DNA of 64,000 nucleotides from Utricularia gibba (taxonomy: Eukaryota; Plantae; Magnoliophyta). Under the pieces are notes generated by a model, which saw only the letters and a program-made list of their open reading frames with translations, had not been told where the DNA came from and did not search any database. Shown in pieces: positions 34,674-50,582 of the stretch. The translations under genes and the position numbers were made by a program. The stretch spans positions 1,426,001 to 1,490,000 of the forward strand of contig NEEC01000021.1 in the NCBI GenBank assembly GCA_002189035.1, written 5' to 3'. Within the stretch, counting starts at the first letter, position 1, and every line of letters begins with the position of its first letter.

Positions 34674-37627
34674 TCACTCCAGCTGCTCTTTGTTCGGTTC
34701 GGCGGGGAAGTACTTTATGCCCACGAGATCACCAACTTCGCCAATAATCTGTTGGGATAGCAACGTGTATCAAGCAACAGGAACACAATGAGAAGCTTAC
34801 GCTTTATTCATGATGTGGAAACGACCAAAGAAACTAGCCATATAGTAATATCAAGTAGCAGGCATATCTGACCTCCAACGCTTTGACAAGGTCTTCCCTT
34901 GTATGAGCGGCAGAAATGCAGATTCGAGCACGCGCCAATAGCAATGGTGTGGCTGGGAATGCAACAGTGACGACGGCCACCTATAAATAAAATGACGGTT
35001 GTCTTAATGAGGCCAAGGGACTTTTCAGAAGTTGGAGGAAATGTATAGAAAGGCTTGCATTTCGCTTGAGGCACTCCCGTGAAAAAGCGGGGATTTTTGC
35101 AGGATTGTAGAGCATTATAGGCATGACAGGCGAATCATTATCGCCTAAAACTTCAAAGCCTCTTTTCTGCAGTTCGGACCTGAAGAAATTGCTATTTTCT
35201 CGTATCTTGGCTAGTTTTTGAGCACCTGCCCAAAGATAGGGAAATAATTAGCACAACTCATGTTATGGTATACAAGGCAATAGTTGAGGAGATCTTACCT
35301 CTGCTGGAGCCATCTTCTCCAAGAACAACCTTGATGGCAGATATGATTTGCTGTGCACAAGGTGGCGATATTGATGTTGCGTAAAGGTGAGCAGGGCAAT
35401 TGTATTTCAGGTATTGAATAAGTTCCTGAAAAACAGAAATGTGCCTTTTGATAACCCCAACATTAAATGAATTGCAACGAGATAAAAAAAGGTGAAAAGT
35501 AGCAAAAGCGAAGTGCGCATGCAGCACAACATGACCAAATGAATAAAATGCCGAATACACACCCATATTTGGAATCAAACAAGAAATCACCACAGAGTAG
35601 AACCTTGGAGCCTGCAATGTAACCCCCGCATGATCCAAAAGATTTAGTGAAAGTTCCCATCATAATATCAACGTCTGCAGTGTCGACACCTAAAAGCTCA
35701 CAAACTCCCCTTCCAGATTTTCCAACTGCCCCGATGCTATGAGCCTCATCCAAATAAACATAAGCCTGCTCCGTTTAAGGTATTAGTAAGGACATGTGAT
35801 GCTCCAGAAAAAAGTAATAATGCTCACTAAGCAAGACAATCAAATAGGAATGCCTACCTTGTATTTTTTGCATATTGAAACAATTTCCGGTAGCTTACAG
35901 ATTTCTCCTTCCATACTATATATTCCCTCAACTACAACCATGATTTTTTTCCATGGCCGGTGTGTTCTTGGCTGTCCATCAGCTATTTGCTCCCTTAAAA
36001 CCTTCTCCAGATGTGAGGGTGCTACAACAAGAAAAATAAAAAAAAAACTGAAATAACTGCCTCATTTCGTAACTTGCAGCTAGCAAGAATAAAAAATAAA
36101 AAAAAGTTTGGCATACTATTATGTTGAAAGACTCGAATAGTGGCTCCAGATCCTCGAGCTCCATTAACAATAGAGTTATGATTCAAAGAGTCACTGATAA
36201 TCAAACTTCCCTGAAAATGTTCGAATGAACTACGAGAACTCCATACAAGTTACATGCTTCCACAAAAAATTAATAATACAGATAAATAGACACACCTTTC
36301 CCATCAAGACAGGAAGAATAGCAGAATTCGTCACATAACCCATTCCAAACACTACAGCAGCTGGCTTGCCTATAAAGTTTGCAACGCATTCCTCCATCTC
36401 TTCATGCAAGTTGGTTGTGCCTGCGCACATGAAGTTATCCCCGAATTATTACATGCTTTATCAGCACATACGTGTGCATTAACAAACAAATTTCACCTCC
36501 ATCAACCCGCGCACTGCATGTGCTAGGAGTGTACTGCTTCAAAGTTTCAATCACTCGAGGGGTGCAATACTCATCAGCAGCTGCAAACCCCAGATAGTTG
36601 TATGACCCCAAATTGAGGCATCTTTTCAATCTGGTTGTTCTCCTAAACAAAATGCATCCATTACATGGTGGTCAAATTCCCTTTGTGATTATATAAGGAA
36701 ATATATGATATTCAAGTCGAGAAGCTTTTTGCAACACTGCATGTGACTTTTATCATGCACACGATACCTACAAATGAACTTGATGTCATTTCAATTCAGG
36801 TACTATCAAGGAAAGAAGACATCGAAGAATGGCTGAAAAAGAATATGTTATCTTTAGGACATAACACTTACTTCAGTGTTTTGTTACTGTCATTGGAGAT
36901 ACGTTCCACCACATCAAACCAAGCATCAGGAGGGCTGGATATAGGTCTATTGAAGCAGTCCTAATAAATCGATGAAGCAAACAATTACATTCTGCTGGCT
37001 TGTTGCAACTCTATAGTAGAAAACCATCATTCTAAAATAACACATTTTTAATGAATTTATGGACTATAATCATACCCTCATCCTGGGACACGTAACTTAA
37101 TTTACTCTTTGGAAGAAGAGATTTTTACTCTGGTTCATTTCTACTTTCCCCCGAGCTTCAGACATTACACGAAATTTTCGGTTTGCGTACAATACATATC
37201 AATTCCAGCATTAAAAATCCCTACCGAAATGAAAATGATCACATGACACCCTCCGTCCATCTCTATAAACCGAAACGCCCAGGCATGCTGTAAGAAGTGA
37301 ATTATAGCATAGAAATGATAGAACCTGAATCCGCAGATACAATCTCCGAATGTAGAAATCCTCCAAGCCCAAGCAGATCGGCGCGTATCCCTTCCAGTAA
37401 AAAATCGAACACGCATCACAAGTCAATGAAGCCAAACCGAAAAAAAGCGAACATTGCAAAGAGAAAGCATTTAACCACAAAGAAATCCCGAAAACAGGTA
37501 CCTGAAGGTTGCTCTGGGACCACCATTCGAAGATCCTCCGGAAGAAATCCCGAAACTGGCCGAAGGCGAAAAGGAGGCCGTAGCTGAAGTAAGTCGTCAA
37601 CGCTGTAATATACGGAATCGTTATCAT
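34674..37627 (-). CDS. LCB2: Serine palmitoyltransferase subunit LCB2 (long-chain base biosynthesis protein 2)
   Basis: [78 protein letters not shown]-lysine motif [41 protein letters not shown]. Includes a GC-AG intron at 34981-35058. Confidence 0.95.
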
Positions 37628-38035
37628 GGTGGCGGCTGCGGTTGCAACAGCGACAGCGGCGATCCGATCTTGCCGAGGCGGAGGCGGAGGGAGAGAGAAA
37701 TGAGGGAGGAGACGATCCGGTGTGCTGACAACTGAAAAGGTATATTCCTAATTTCTATTTTAATTTAAAACATCATTTCATTCAGAAATCTCTTCCTTAT
37801 CCACTTTCACGATTTTCTATTTTTTTTTCTAATACACAATTTTATGAGATATAATTGTAATTCATTTGATATTTTTTAATTTTATTCCTTTTTTATTTAC
37901 ATTAATTAATAGCAAGAATATATTTATTTTCAAATAAATAAAAATACTTTTTATACTATTAGCATATTTCATCTTATTTATATATTTTTTTTATCAAAAA
38001 AAGATTCATAATATTTAAAAAAAATTAGAATAAAA

Positions 38036-38267
38036 TAGTGTTTTGAAAAATTTTTAAAATTTATTTTTATTTTTCAGAAATAAAAATATTTTTATTCTAA
38101 AATATTTTTAATTATAAAAATAATTATATCAAAAACATTTTTAAAATTATAATTATAAAATTTATTTTTGAGAAAATAAGAAATTATTTAATTTTATTTT
38201 TAATTTTTAATTTTCAAAAATAATTTTAAAAAATAAAAACATATTTCAAAAATTTTCCAAAACACTG
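38036..38267. mobile_element. MITE-like element with ~19-bp terminal inverted repeats
   Basis: Left end TAGTGTTTTGAAAAATTTT; right end AAAATTTTCCAAAACACTG (near-perfect inverted repeat). 232 bp, very AT-rich, non-coding; related copy at ~23092-23330. TSD not resolved. Confidence 0.6.
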
Positions 38268-38521
38268 TTTAAAATTTACATAATCATTCTACTTAATATC
38301 TATCAATCACATTCCGGCTCCGAGGCCCGAAATGTGGTGGGGTAAAAACGATGAGAACTAAGACGAACATTCCCACGGTGGATGATGGTGTTGCCCACAT
38401 CATGCATCATGAGTCATCTACTACCTTATTATATATGTACATGAGGATTATTGTACATGTAGGTGTATGTATGTACATGGAGACGGGGCATGGGCATGAC
38501 TCGGAGAGGAGGGCATAGGCT

Positions 38522-40979
<2,458 letters not shown>

Positions 40980-42233
40980 CGGATCATCTAAGATGGCTTG
41001 AAAATTCTCAACTCAGAAACATATGAATACCGAATGCATATCTGAAATCCAAATACTGAAGACTTTGAATCAGATGAAGGTAGACTCTAAACCAACGAAC
41101 TAGCATAGGTGAGAGCTTAGGAGATGCTACAGTAGTCATTCAAAGCCTGTAACTTGCGACGTGGCGGAAATGTATACTATCTGTCCACAATGGACAATGT
41201 AACTCCACTGAAGCAGCACGCAGCCATAAAAGCCTGTAAAGATGCACACGGAAAAATGTCAAATTTACAAAAAAATCAAATGTTTACAGTCTGAATGTTT
41301 TCACTCGGAATCCTTGGCTTCCAGAATGTGAATCACAGGCACTTCCTATGCTGCATAACCAATTAAGGCATCCTGGTATACATCAATGATGAAAACACCA
41401 AAACATCAATGGGGCTCTCTCCCAGAACTCTTTTCCGTTATAGACCATGTAAAAATCTTTCTAGTTCAATTGACTACCAGAACATCGGAAAAATCTAACA
41501 AAAAAGGGGTAGCGTACGGGTCTAAGGATCGACGAAATAACAAAAAAAGTCACGAACTCCAAAGATGATCAAGCAAAAATCTTCACACACAAACAGAAGC
41601 CAAAATAACAAATACCGAGAAGCCAAGCTCATCAAAGATGATCGGAAAGCATTCTTGGCAGATGATTACGCACCAAATAAGACTACCGAAGCACAACTTA
41701 TCTAAAAAATCGGTAATCAAAAAAACCCACCAACCAGAATCATTTCCAGATTACAACAGGAAGAAAACGGCATCAACTTGATGCTTGTATTTTCGCATAT
41801 ACTTCCGAAGATATCATTTTTCTCGTAGTTTCTTCTTTATAAGGATATCGAGTTTTATATTTTCAAGATGGCTCGAGCCTCCAGGACAGGAACAATTAAA
41901 AAAATAATAGCTTGGGCTAGCGGTCCCTCGCGTCTCCGCCCCCTCTCCCTTTCTCTACCAATTCCTTGACAAAAAATTGATGTTTTAATGAGTCGTCTCG
42001 TTCTTTGGGTAGCCTTAAAAACGAGATCTTGAAATGCTGACTCCTCAAGTATGAACATTTTAAGGGTGTTCCTGCAACGCTGCCATTACTTTAATGGTTG
42101 ACATTTTCCAATTCAATGAGAAACCAGTAAAAAGCTTGTTTTTTTAATAACATTGCAGTCTTATTCACTATGTAAAACACGTCTAGTGGAATCAAACAAT
42201 GGTTTGTAGCAGTTAGTCGTCACGGACTCAGGA

Positions 42234-44502
42234 TCAAGATAGAGCCTTTGTGGTGAGGCCGAATCCAAACGGGAAAAGTGGATCGTAATGCTCGTCACCG
42301 ACGTTCATCGGCAACTGATCCACTCTCCTGAACCAGGTTCTCGGCAGCTTCCCTGAAAACCCGTAGTCTCCAAAAAGCACATCAGCAACACCTTGGCCTT
42401 CTGTCCCTGGTAGCCATGCAGCTACCAAAGCTTCAATGTGTGGAAGGTACGGCTCAATGACTAGAGGCCTTCCCGAAATCAACACCACAACGCATCTTAT
42501 TCTGCTACAAACGTTCTTCATGGTGCTCAAACCCGGCTCTGGAATGGTCAAATTTGTGTTGTCTCCGGATTGCTCTGCATAGGGAGTCTCACCAACTACT
42601 ACCACTGCGTAGGAGTATGCGTTCTGGTCCCTTGTCAATTCTTCCACTTCAGGGTTCTCGCTGTACACGATTTCCGTACTTGGGTCTACTGTTTGCGATA
42701 TAGCATTCAGAATCGTGGTCCCTGAAAGCACAAGAAACCAGCTTTCATGATAAACTGATACAAAGTATTCAACTTTTCGAGGAAAGAACAGAGCAGTACC
42801 AGTAGTGAGGTTGTTGCTGCTGGCTCCTTGCCAGTCGATCGTCCAGCCTCCGCACTGAAACCCGAGGTTGTTGGCATGGCTTCCGGCGACTAATACTCTT
42901 GATGCCTTCTTGGGTAGAGGAATCATAGGCTTGTCTGTTTGGTTCCCATTCTTCAGGAGAACCAATGACTTCCTCACAGCTTCTCTGGCCAACTCCTTGT
43001 GTCGCTGGTTTCCAATCTCATCAATCAGACTGTAATCTGCTAAGGGATCTTCAAACAAGCCCAACGTGAACTTCACTCTCAAGATCCTGGCAACCGCATC
43101 GTCAATGCGTCTCATGGGAATCATCCTGTTGTTCACATGAGACTTCATTAACCGGAGAAATTCAGTGGCGTTTGGCGGCACCATCACCATGTCGATTCCG
43201 GCGTTGATCGCCCTCATAAGAGAGACGGCGTAATCGGTGCCCCAGGGGTATGTCATACGATCCACACCGTTCCAGTCAGAGATCACAAAGCCCTGCGCGA
43301 AGAACAGAGTCATTGTATCTGATAAGGTTACTTGAAGAAGTAAAAATGGCTGCTTACTCTGAATTTGAGAGTGTTCTTGAGGAAATGGGTAATGAGATCG
43401 GTGTTGGAGTGCATCTTCCTCCCATTCCAGCTCGAGTACGACACCATGATCGTGGAAATGCCCTTAGCGATGGAGTCGAAGTATGCGGGCATGTGAACAT
43501 TCATCAGCCCCGCCCAATCGGTCACCGTGTTGTTCTCGTCGATCCCATTCACCGTCCCACCGTCTCCGACGAAGTGCTTCGCACAAGCCACAACCTTGTC
43601 CCTGTGATCAAACGCAGATCATGAATAAACTTGCAAAAAAAACCCACCTTTTTGCTTCATGTTTGAGCTCCACTTACTTTCCACCGACGTAAGGTAATCC
43701 GGACGGCGAATTCGCAGGAATGTCGCCTTGTAAACCCAGAACCACATCAGTCATCTGTCTGACAACAGAGGTGTCTTCTGAGTAACTCTCATAGCACCTT
43801 CCCCATCTTGGATCTCTGCATACCTGCCATTCGTTTCATCGTGAATCTTGTTTGAACAAGAGATTTACAGTGACTGAGGGAGTGAAAGGCAGTAAAATTG
43901 CTTACAGCAATGCATGGAGCAAACACAAAAGGAATCCCAGTAGCTCTGGTCTCAAGAGCAGTAGCTGCACCGATCCTCTTCACCAACTCAGGATCTCTGC
44001 ATCAAAACCCACTTCCCTTTTAGAAATAATTTCAACATAAACAATAACGCCACCGGTTTTCTGAAACGAACCTGGTGGCGCCGAGGCCAACGTTGTGTGG
44101 GAAGAGGGTGGCTTTGTAGAGGCTATTATGACCATGAACGGAATCTATAGCATACAGCATCGGAATCCCAAGTCGACTCCTGAGAGACCCTTTTTGATAC
44201 TGATTCACCATGTCCACCCAATGCTCAGGTGACGCCCTGTGATCCTCATTCGGGGTGGCGCCGGCGGCGCTGATAAGGCTTCCGATGGAGTACTCCCTCA
44301 TGGTCTCCCCATTCACTTGACGCTTATCGATCTGAGCCATCTGCATGATCTTCTCCTCCAGCGTCATCTGCCGCATCAAGCTCTTGATCCTCGTGCTCAT
44401 GGGCTGCCTCTTGTCCATGTACCGCCGGTCGATCGGAACCCCGTTCCCCGCCACCATTGCCACGAGCGCAAGCATCAGCAAAGCCTTCATCATGGCTCCC
44501 AT
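42234..44502 (-). CDS. Glycoside hydrolase family 3 beta-glucosidase / beta-D-glucan exohydrolase, secreted
   Basis: Signal peptide; [64 protein letters not shown] (nucleophile Asp), [41 protein letters not shown]. Confidence 0.95.
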
Positions 44503-45612
44503 GAAGGAAGAAGAACAGCCCAGAGAAGATGGATGATGGATGGGGAGTGGCTTTGGGAGTGTATTTATAGTAGAAAGATCCGGATCCTAGGTGTTTGCTA
44601 TTCCACATCCCTTATTTGACTCAGAAAGCTTTATCCGTACGGGGGGAAGGCCCCGGGAAGCTCTCTGTGTGTCTCCTTGGCCCGGCCACTGACCCGACCC
44701 GAGCCCATTGTTGACTACTGGTCAACTGAACTGCCCCTCTAAAATAGCGTAAATTTTAAATTATTTTCTGATATGGAAAAGCTTTGAATTTTGGATAAGG
44801 ATAATGAAATTTAACGGGTAGTTTTAATGGCATTAGATGACCGGATAAGTTCAATGATGGTCAGTTACCGGAGCTATCGGAGGTGGTTAATTATGGACCC
44901 GTAGACACGACCCGGTTTACTCCCAAAGTGGATGAATTTCATATATTTTATTTTCTATTGAAATAATGTTTCATATAAAATTGATGGGTTATATGAAAAG
45001 ATTTAAAAATTTTCATTTAATGACTACAAAAAATTTAATGATATATTATTAATATATTATAGTACATGGATACGAATGTACTCAACACGTTAGATGGATT
45101 AAGTTTAAAACGTAAGTCAACAATAAAAAAAATATTTTTTTAAATAAGTTAAACAATTTAATCAATTAGACCAAAAACTTATAAATTAAACTCAATTCAT
45201 ATTAATATATATAAATTATGAAATAATTCAGATCATTTTATGCTAACTCAATAAGCCCACCAAAACGCACCCAACTCTAAACATTTTGTATCAATATTTT
45301 AATATTATTTAATGTAACTTCTTAGGAACTTATTTAAAAATATAATTAATTATGTTTGATGGATCAAAATCAAATTCGATCCATCAAAAAACCAAAAAAC
45401 GAGGTTGTGTAGCGAACCTAAGATGCAGAAGAGAAGGGACTCCCATTTCAAGTTCTGATTCCCTTGGGAGCCTGATGCTACAGTAAGCATGAAAATGGAG
45501 CAAAAAGCAGAAAAATGGAGAGAAATGACTACTGGGGTTAATGAAAATAGAAGAATTGAGAAGAAGATGATACTGGGAACAGTTACAGAGGAAGAAAAGT
45601 TGTGGTACAGTG

Positions 45613-46785
45613 TCAGTATGGTCGAAATTTTCGAGCAGCTCTTAGTTGTTGAATCCGCTTCTTATCCTGCTCGAACTTGCTCTGCAGCATCATGAGTTCT
45701 GCAAAACAGAGTGCAGGGTCACTATGACGACTGATAATCGATGATCACCAAATGATACAATTGAATTCTGTGCATCCATTTGATGGAAATCCAAGGCAAA
45801 GAGCTGTAGATTTAGCAGTTACCGTTTTTCTTGGCTTCTCTTTTCTGGAAACCATAGAAATCTATGCCGAGATCTTTCTTCTTCTTCTTGGCCATCTTAT
45901 CTAAAACTGCGACTTGGGCAACTGAACCCACAGCAACTCCTGATTCGGCATCAGTTGTCTTTTTACGACCTTTGTGATGTACAACAACAGTCCAGCCACC
46001 TTCTGCGGCTTGGGCTTCCTTCTCGATTCTTGCCTGCAAGAGAAGAGAGATGGCGAATTCATGTGAAGGTTTAATCAAAGAAGGGACAGTTAGTAACAAC
46101 ACCATTGATCAAAATATTATGTTCTGTAACACATGAAACGCTTTCTGGTAGCTTGTGAGGATTGAATGTCATTATCAAAAACATTCAAAACTTAAGAAAA
46201 TGGCAAGAGAATCTAGTTCAGATATCGGTAACAAGGAGAGCAGGTGCAAATGAAGAGCCTCAGATTACAGGAATAAAGCATCACCTTCTCCTCTTGCGCC
46301 TCATGAGCAAGGATGAATTCGTCAATTTTTCCTTGCAACACCTTCAATCCAGGTCTATTCTGGTGATACTCTGTGATCCATTCTACAAATTCAAAAAAAA
46401 AAAAAAACAAATAATATATTACATGATCCAGGTAACGCTAAAAAACTTTCTCAGAACTTTGAAAGAAGAGCAAAACGCAGGCATGATCATACTTTTCATT
46501 CCTTTTGAGGAGTCTTCATCTCCGGAGGACATTAGATAGACTTCATCATCATCATCATCATCTTCTGTTTTCGCATGAAGCCCACAGTAAAGAGGTGGCT
46601 CATTCCTTACACTTGTGTCGCCATGGTTCCTTGACTTATCTACTCACAATAATGCTAACACTTAGTTATCACAACAATGAAGATTGGAACCTAACACCAC
46701 CATCTTGAATTTTAGTTTTCGTACGAGATGCATGCATATGTTCAACCAGAGCATCCCCTCTCTTCTTGAGCCTCTTGCTACCAAC
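45613..46785 (-). CDS. RRP7A: Ribosomal RNA-processing protein 7 homolog; 5' exon(s) unresolved, probably extending to ~47600
   Basis: SSGDEDSSKGMKKWITEYHQNRPGLKVLQGKIDEFI, EGGWTVVVHHKGRKKTTDAESGVAVGSV, DFYGFQKREAK, LQSKFEQDKKRIQQLRAARKFRPY*. Confidence 0.88.
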
Positions 46786-47692
46786 CTGCACAAAGGGCAG
46801 CACAACCCTGACTCAATATAAAAGTATGTGTCACAAAATTAGAGTAGCAAGCAACTTAGACACAGACAAATGCAAAGTGGACCAGATACATCCACAGACA
46901 CTCAAGAGATGGATTTCAGCTATGATGGATAGCGCTTGACTATAGTGCTTCAAATCATTTCACCAGGGAAAAGCATGCAATGCGATTTTCAGTGTTGCTA
47001 AATGGCATAGCGGAAGCAGCACATTTCAAGTGTCAAGGAGAAAGCTTTCACGCGAGAACTGCTACCAATGTAATAGCAAACAGGGTCCGTGGCATTTTCA
47101 TCAAAGACCTCCATTATCCGATTAAACAAGAAAACAAACAAACCACGAAAAATTCTCAGAATCAATCCTTAAACCACATTTCGAAACAAAAAGCACGCAT
47201 GTTTATCAAAGAAAATACCATTTACAGAAACAACTGACAAATTATAGTATGAAAAACAGAAAAAAAAAATCCCCAAAACAACTCAACAAATAAAACTGTT
47301 ACCCGCTTCTTGAAATTAACGCTGAACACCTGGCTGGTAAAGTTCAAACAACGGGCCTTTCTCCTAAAAGGCAGTCCCAAAGATCGCCACCTAAGAAAGT
47401 GCCCCGCCGGCATATTGTTCTAAATTCCTGTGAGGTTTACGTGAACAACTATGGCGCTCGGTGAGAAGAACAAAAAAGCCACAATAATAACAGGAACGAA
47501 AATTGAACAATTTCACCGAAAGTTCTTACCGCGGGAATGAAAATCCGACGAAACGAACGCCAACGCGGTGTCCAGACCGAGTTCCGGCAGCGAGCAAAGA
47601 GGAAGGGAGGGAACTAGAGGATTTGGGCTTTTCTCCTAAAAAAATATGATGGGCGTGGAGTAACAATAAGCCCATTCCTGATATTTAACAAA

Positions 47693-47710
47693 TGGGCCCA
47701 GTTATGGGCC
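47693..47710. promoter_or_regulatory. Paired site II elements upstream of RRP7A
   Basis: TGGGCC at 47693 and 47705, between the RPL3 3' end and the RRP7A 5' region. Confidence 0.45.
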
Positions 47711-47981
47711 GTTTCAATTTACTTAAGGCACGCGGCTTTGTGTCCGTCTGTTTACTCCAGTGTTTTCTGGCGGCGGAATTGGCAGCGGCGGCGGCGACGT
47801 TCGCCGGAATACCGGTGGAGAAGTGAAGGGAAAAGCAAATAAACAAAACAAAGTGCAAATGTGGCAAGAAATACAGACAGCATAAAGAACCACAGAGTCA
47901 GAGAACAACGAAAAGAACACTTGTATGTGAAGTCCTCTGAAAAATGCTTCAATATCCTGCTCCACGTCGCAGCAGCGCTTC

Positions 47982-49699
47982 TCAGGCCTTGACGCGGCCG
48001 TAGAACTTTTGCTTTTCCTGGGTGGTCTGGAAACGCCCATGTCCGAATTTGGAGGAGGTGTCGACAAACTTGAGCTTGATGTCTTCTAGGGCAACACGAG
48101 AGGTCTGTTTCAGAAGGGACTGCCTGAGAGTGATGACCCTCTTCTTCGGACCCACACAACCGCCTTTGATCATCAGGTAATCGTCCTTCACGATACCATA
48201 GTGAGGAAATCCACCCATCGGAGTAATATCCTTCTCAGTCCTGTGATGAGGTTTAGGAAAAACTGCTGATAAGGGAACTCCGAACGACTTTGGGAGCAAC
48301 CCAAACGAATAAACATAAAAAAGGAGAAGCATAGATGAGAAGTTGAGGTAATGTCACCTGTCGAACTCGGTAATGGCAGAATGTTCCTCACTACCAGCCT
48401 TTCCAAGCTTGTAGATTTTCTTATTCATTTCAGTTCGGTGGTGATACCCATTCTGACCAGCTCTGGCGACAGTGAAGGACACTCTGGCAGGATGCCATGC
48501 ACCGATACAAGCAACCTTACGAAGGCCCCTGTGGGTTTTTCTGGGAAGACGGGTAACACCCCAGCGAGAAACGACACCTTCATAACCCTTCCCCTTGGTC
48601 ACACCAATGATGTCAATCATCTCATCTTTCTGGAAGACAGCATCAACCGGGACTTGCTTCTCAAAGAAGTTGTACGCAAAGTCAACCTTCTGGGCAACGC
48701 TCCCACCATTTACTTGGATCTCCATCAAATGCGCCTTCTTTTGCTTCAGGCCCTTTACCTTACGAATCTAGAGAAGAGACCACCATAGTGAGAAAACCCC
48801 GAAATCCAAAGGCGGTAAGCTGTATTATACTGAATTTAAAGCCATGAACTTTTCCAGGGACGAATGCCAACACAGCACAATTACAGAGAGAGTCTTCTTA
48901 GTTACCTGAGTGTGGGCCAATACGCGAATTACAGATGCATACTTCTTCATCTTCTCAAGTTGCAACTGAATATCCTTCTTCCCCTCCTCAGTTTCTGCTT
49001 TCTTTGAATACTTGGTGAAGGCCTTCTTCTTTGACTTGCACCAGTTCTTGTAGAACCTCCTCCTAACTTCCTCACTCAAGTGCTGAGCCCAGACCGTGTT
49101 GAGGCAGCGAAGACCATGAGGCGTCTTTACGTATCCAACAACACCAACAATGACCATGGGTGGTGTTTCAATAATAGTGACAGCTTCGCATGTTTCCTTC
49201 TTGTGCAGTTCTGAGAACATCAGCTCGGACAATTAATTCACTAGCTCAACTCGTACAACGGGAAATGATGATAAAAAAATTGGGAAAAAAATTACTTGAC
49301 CCAGGCTTCTCCACTTCCCTCACGATATGAGTCATTCCAGCCTTATAACCCAAAAAGGCTGTGAGCTTAGGGGGCTTGGTTGGATCATCCTTAGGAAAAG
49401 CTTTCACTGCAATTTCCGAAATACGAGCACACGGCTATAAGGGAGTTCAAACAAGGTGTCACATAGAATCAGCTACCAATTACTATGAACAAGGAAGCAG
49501 ATGACATTCAAGTTATCTCCCCGACTTAAATCTTTTTTATCTTGCCCTAGAATAGATAAATATTTTTTTCCGCCGTAAAAACCATGAAAACACATGATTT
49601 GTCCAGAACATTACCCTTTCCACGATGGCGAGCAGCTCGCTTCCTCGGTAGAAAACCAAGGGATCCATGCCTTGGGTGCTCAAATTTCCTGTGCGACAT
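47982..49699 (-). CDS. RPL3: 60S ribosomal protein L3
   Basis: [93 protein letters not shown]-type C-terminus ([20 protein letters not shown]); 5 coding exons traced. Confidence 0.97.
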
Positions 49700-49898
49700 C
49701 TTCCCGCTGTTTCCAGAAAAGAAGAAAATGCAGACAATCTTAGCAAAATCTACAGCAACAATACCATACGATAAAATTCCGTGGAATTAAGCATGGGAAT
49801 GAAATCAATAACAATCCATCAGAAATTATCAAAATACTGATTGGAAATGGGTGCAAGTACCGGTCACCGGAATGCTACGGCGGCGAGGAATTCAGAGG

Positions 49899-50092
49899 AA
49901 CCCTAGTTCATCCTACTTTATCGCGAAGCAAGTGGGCCGGGCTTCGTGTGACAATACCTAGAAGATGGATAATGAGCTAGGAATAAAATAGAAAGCAGTA
50001 CGGCCCATGAGATGAAAACCAGGGATCAGAAACTTCGCCCCGGTAGCATTTGCAATCCCAAATTTCCCCAAAATTGAAAAAAAAAAACCCTA
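49899..50092. promoter_or_regulatory. Telo-box plus site II promoter module upstream of RPL3
   Basis: AACCCTAG at ~49899, TGGGCC at ~49933, GGCCCA at ~50002, AAACCCTA at 50085-50092. This combination is known from plant ribosomal-protein promoters. Confidence 0.65.
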
Positions 50093-50582
50093 GCCTTGCT
50101 CTCTGGCTGACTGAGAGTGGACCAGTCGCTGCTTCTGAGGTAAGCGAGGATCTCAGTTAAATTCAATGGATATCGTGAATTATAACCTGGAAATGTATGT
50201 TTGGGATGAGGAAAGTACTTCAGTTTACGTTAAATTAGTTGAAATATCACATACTTCCACGTAAGGTTAACTCTTTCAGTATAAATGTGGCTTAACCTGA
50301 TGCAATTATAGTTGCACCTGCAGCATAAGTTGTTATAGATAGCCAAAAGGATGTTGATTATCGTTCAGTATCTGTTACACCTCATAACCCATGGAGGATT
50401 TGATGGTTGAAGCATATGAGAATCCATCCATGGAATCTTGTATTTTTTGTCAAGTTCTTCTCAAACTTCAAATAAATACTTCTGGTTAAGCAGAAGACAT
50501 ATGGACGTTGATGAATTTGTAGCATTCTTGCTTCAGATATGAATCAGAAGCGTTGATTGAATAAGAGATGTTCAACATACTC

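Noticed and set aside
34600-34680. Possible further G-run frameshift extending the LCB2 C-terminus (EQLGVKLN..)
   Set aside because: The existing stop gives a plausible end in a poorly conserved tail; not enough evidence.
42723-42800. Insertion [25 protein letters not shown] in the GH3 ORF (similarly VCLSS..FMQ in FAM214)
   Set aside because: Ordinary short GT-AG introns that happen to be in frame and stop-free.
50335-50433. Two small hairpins suggesting an H/ACA snoRNA
   Set aside because: No ANANNA hinge or terminal ACA at the proper positions; stems are short.
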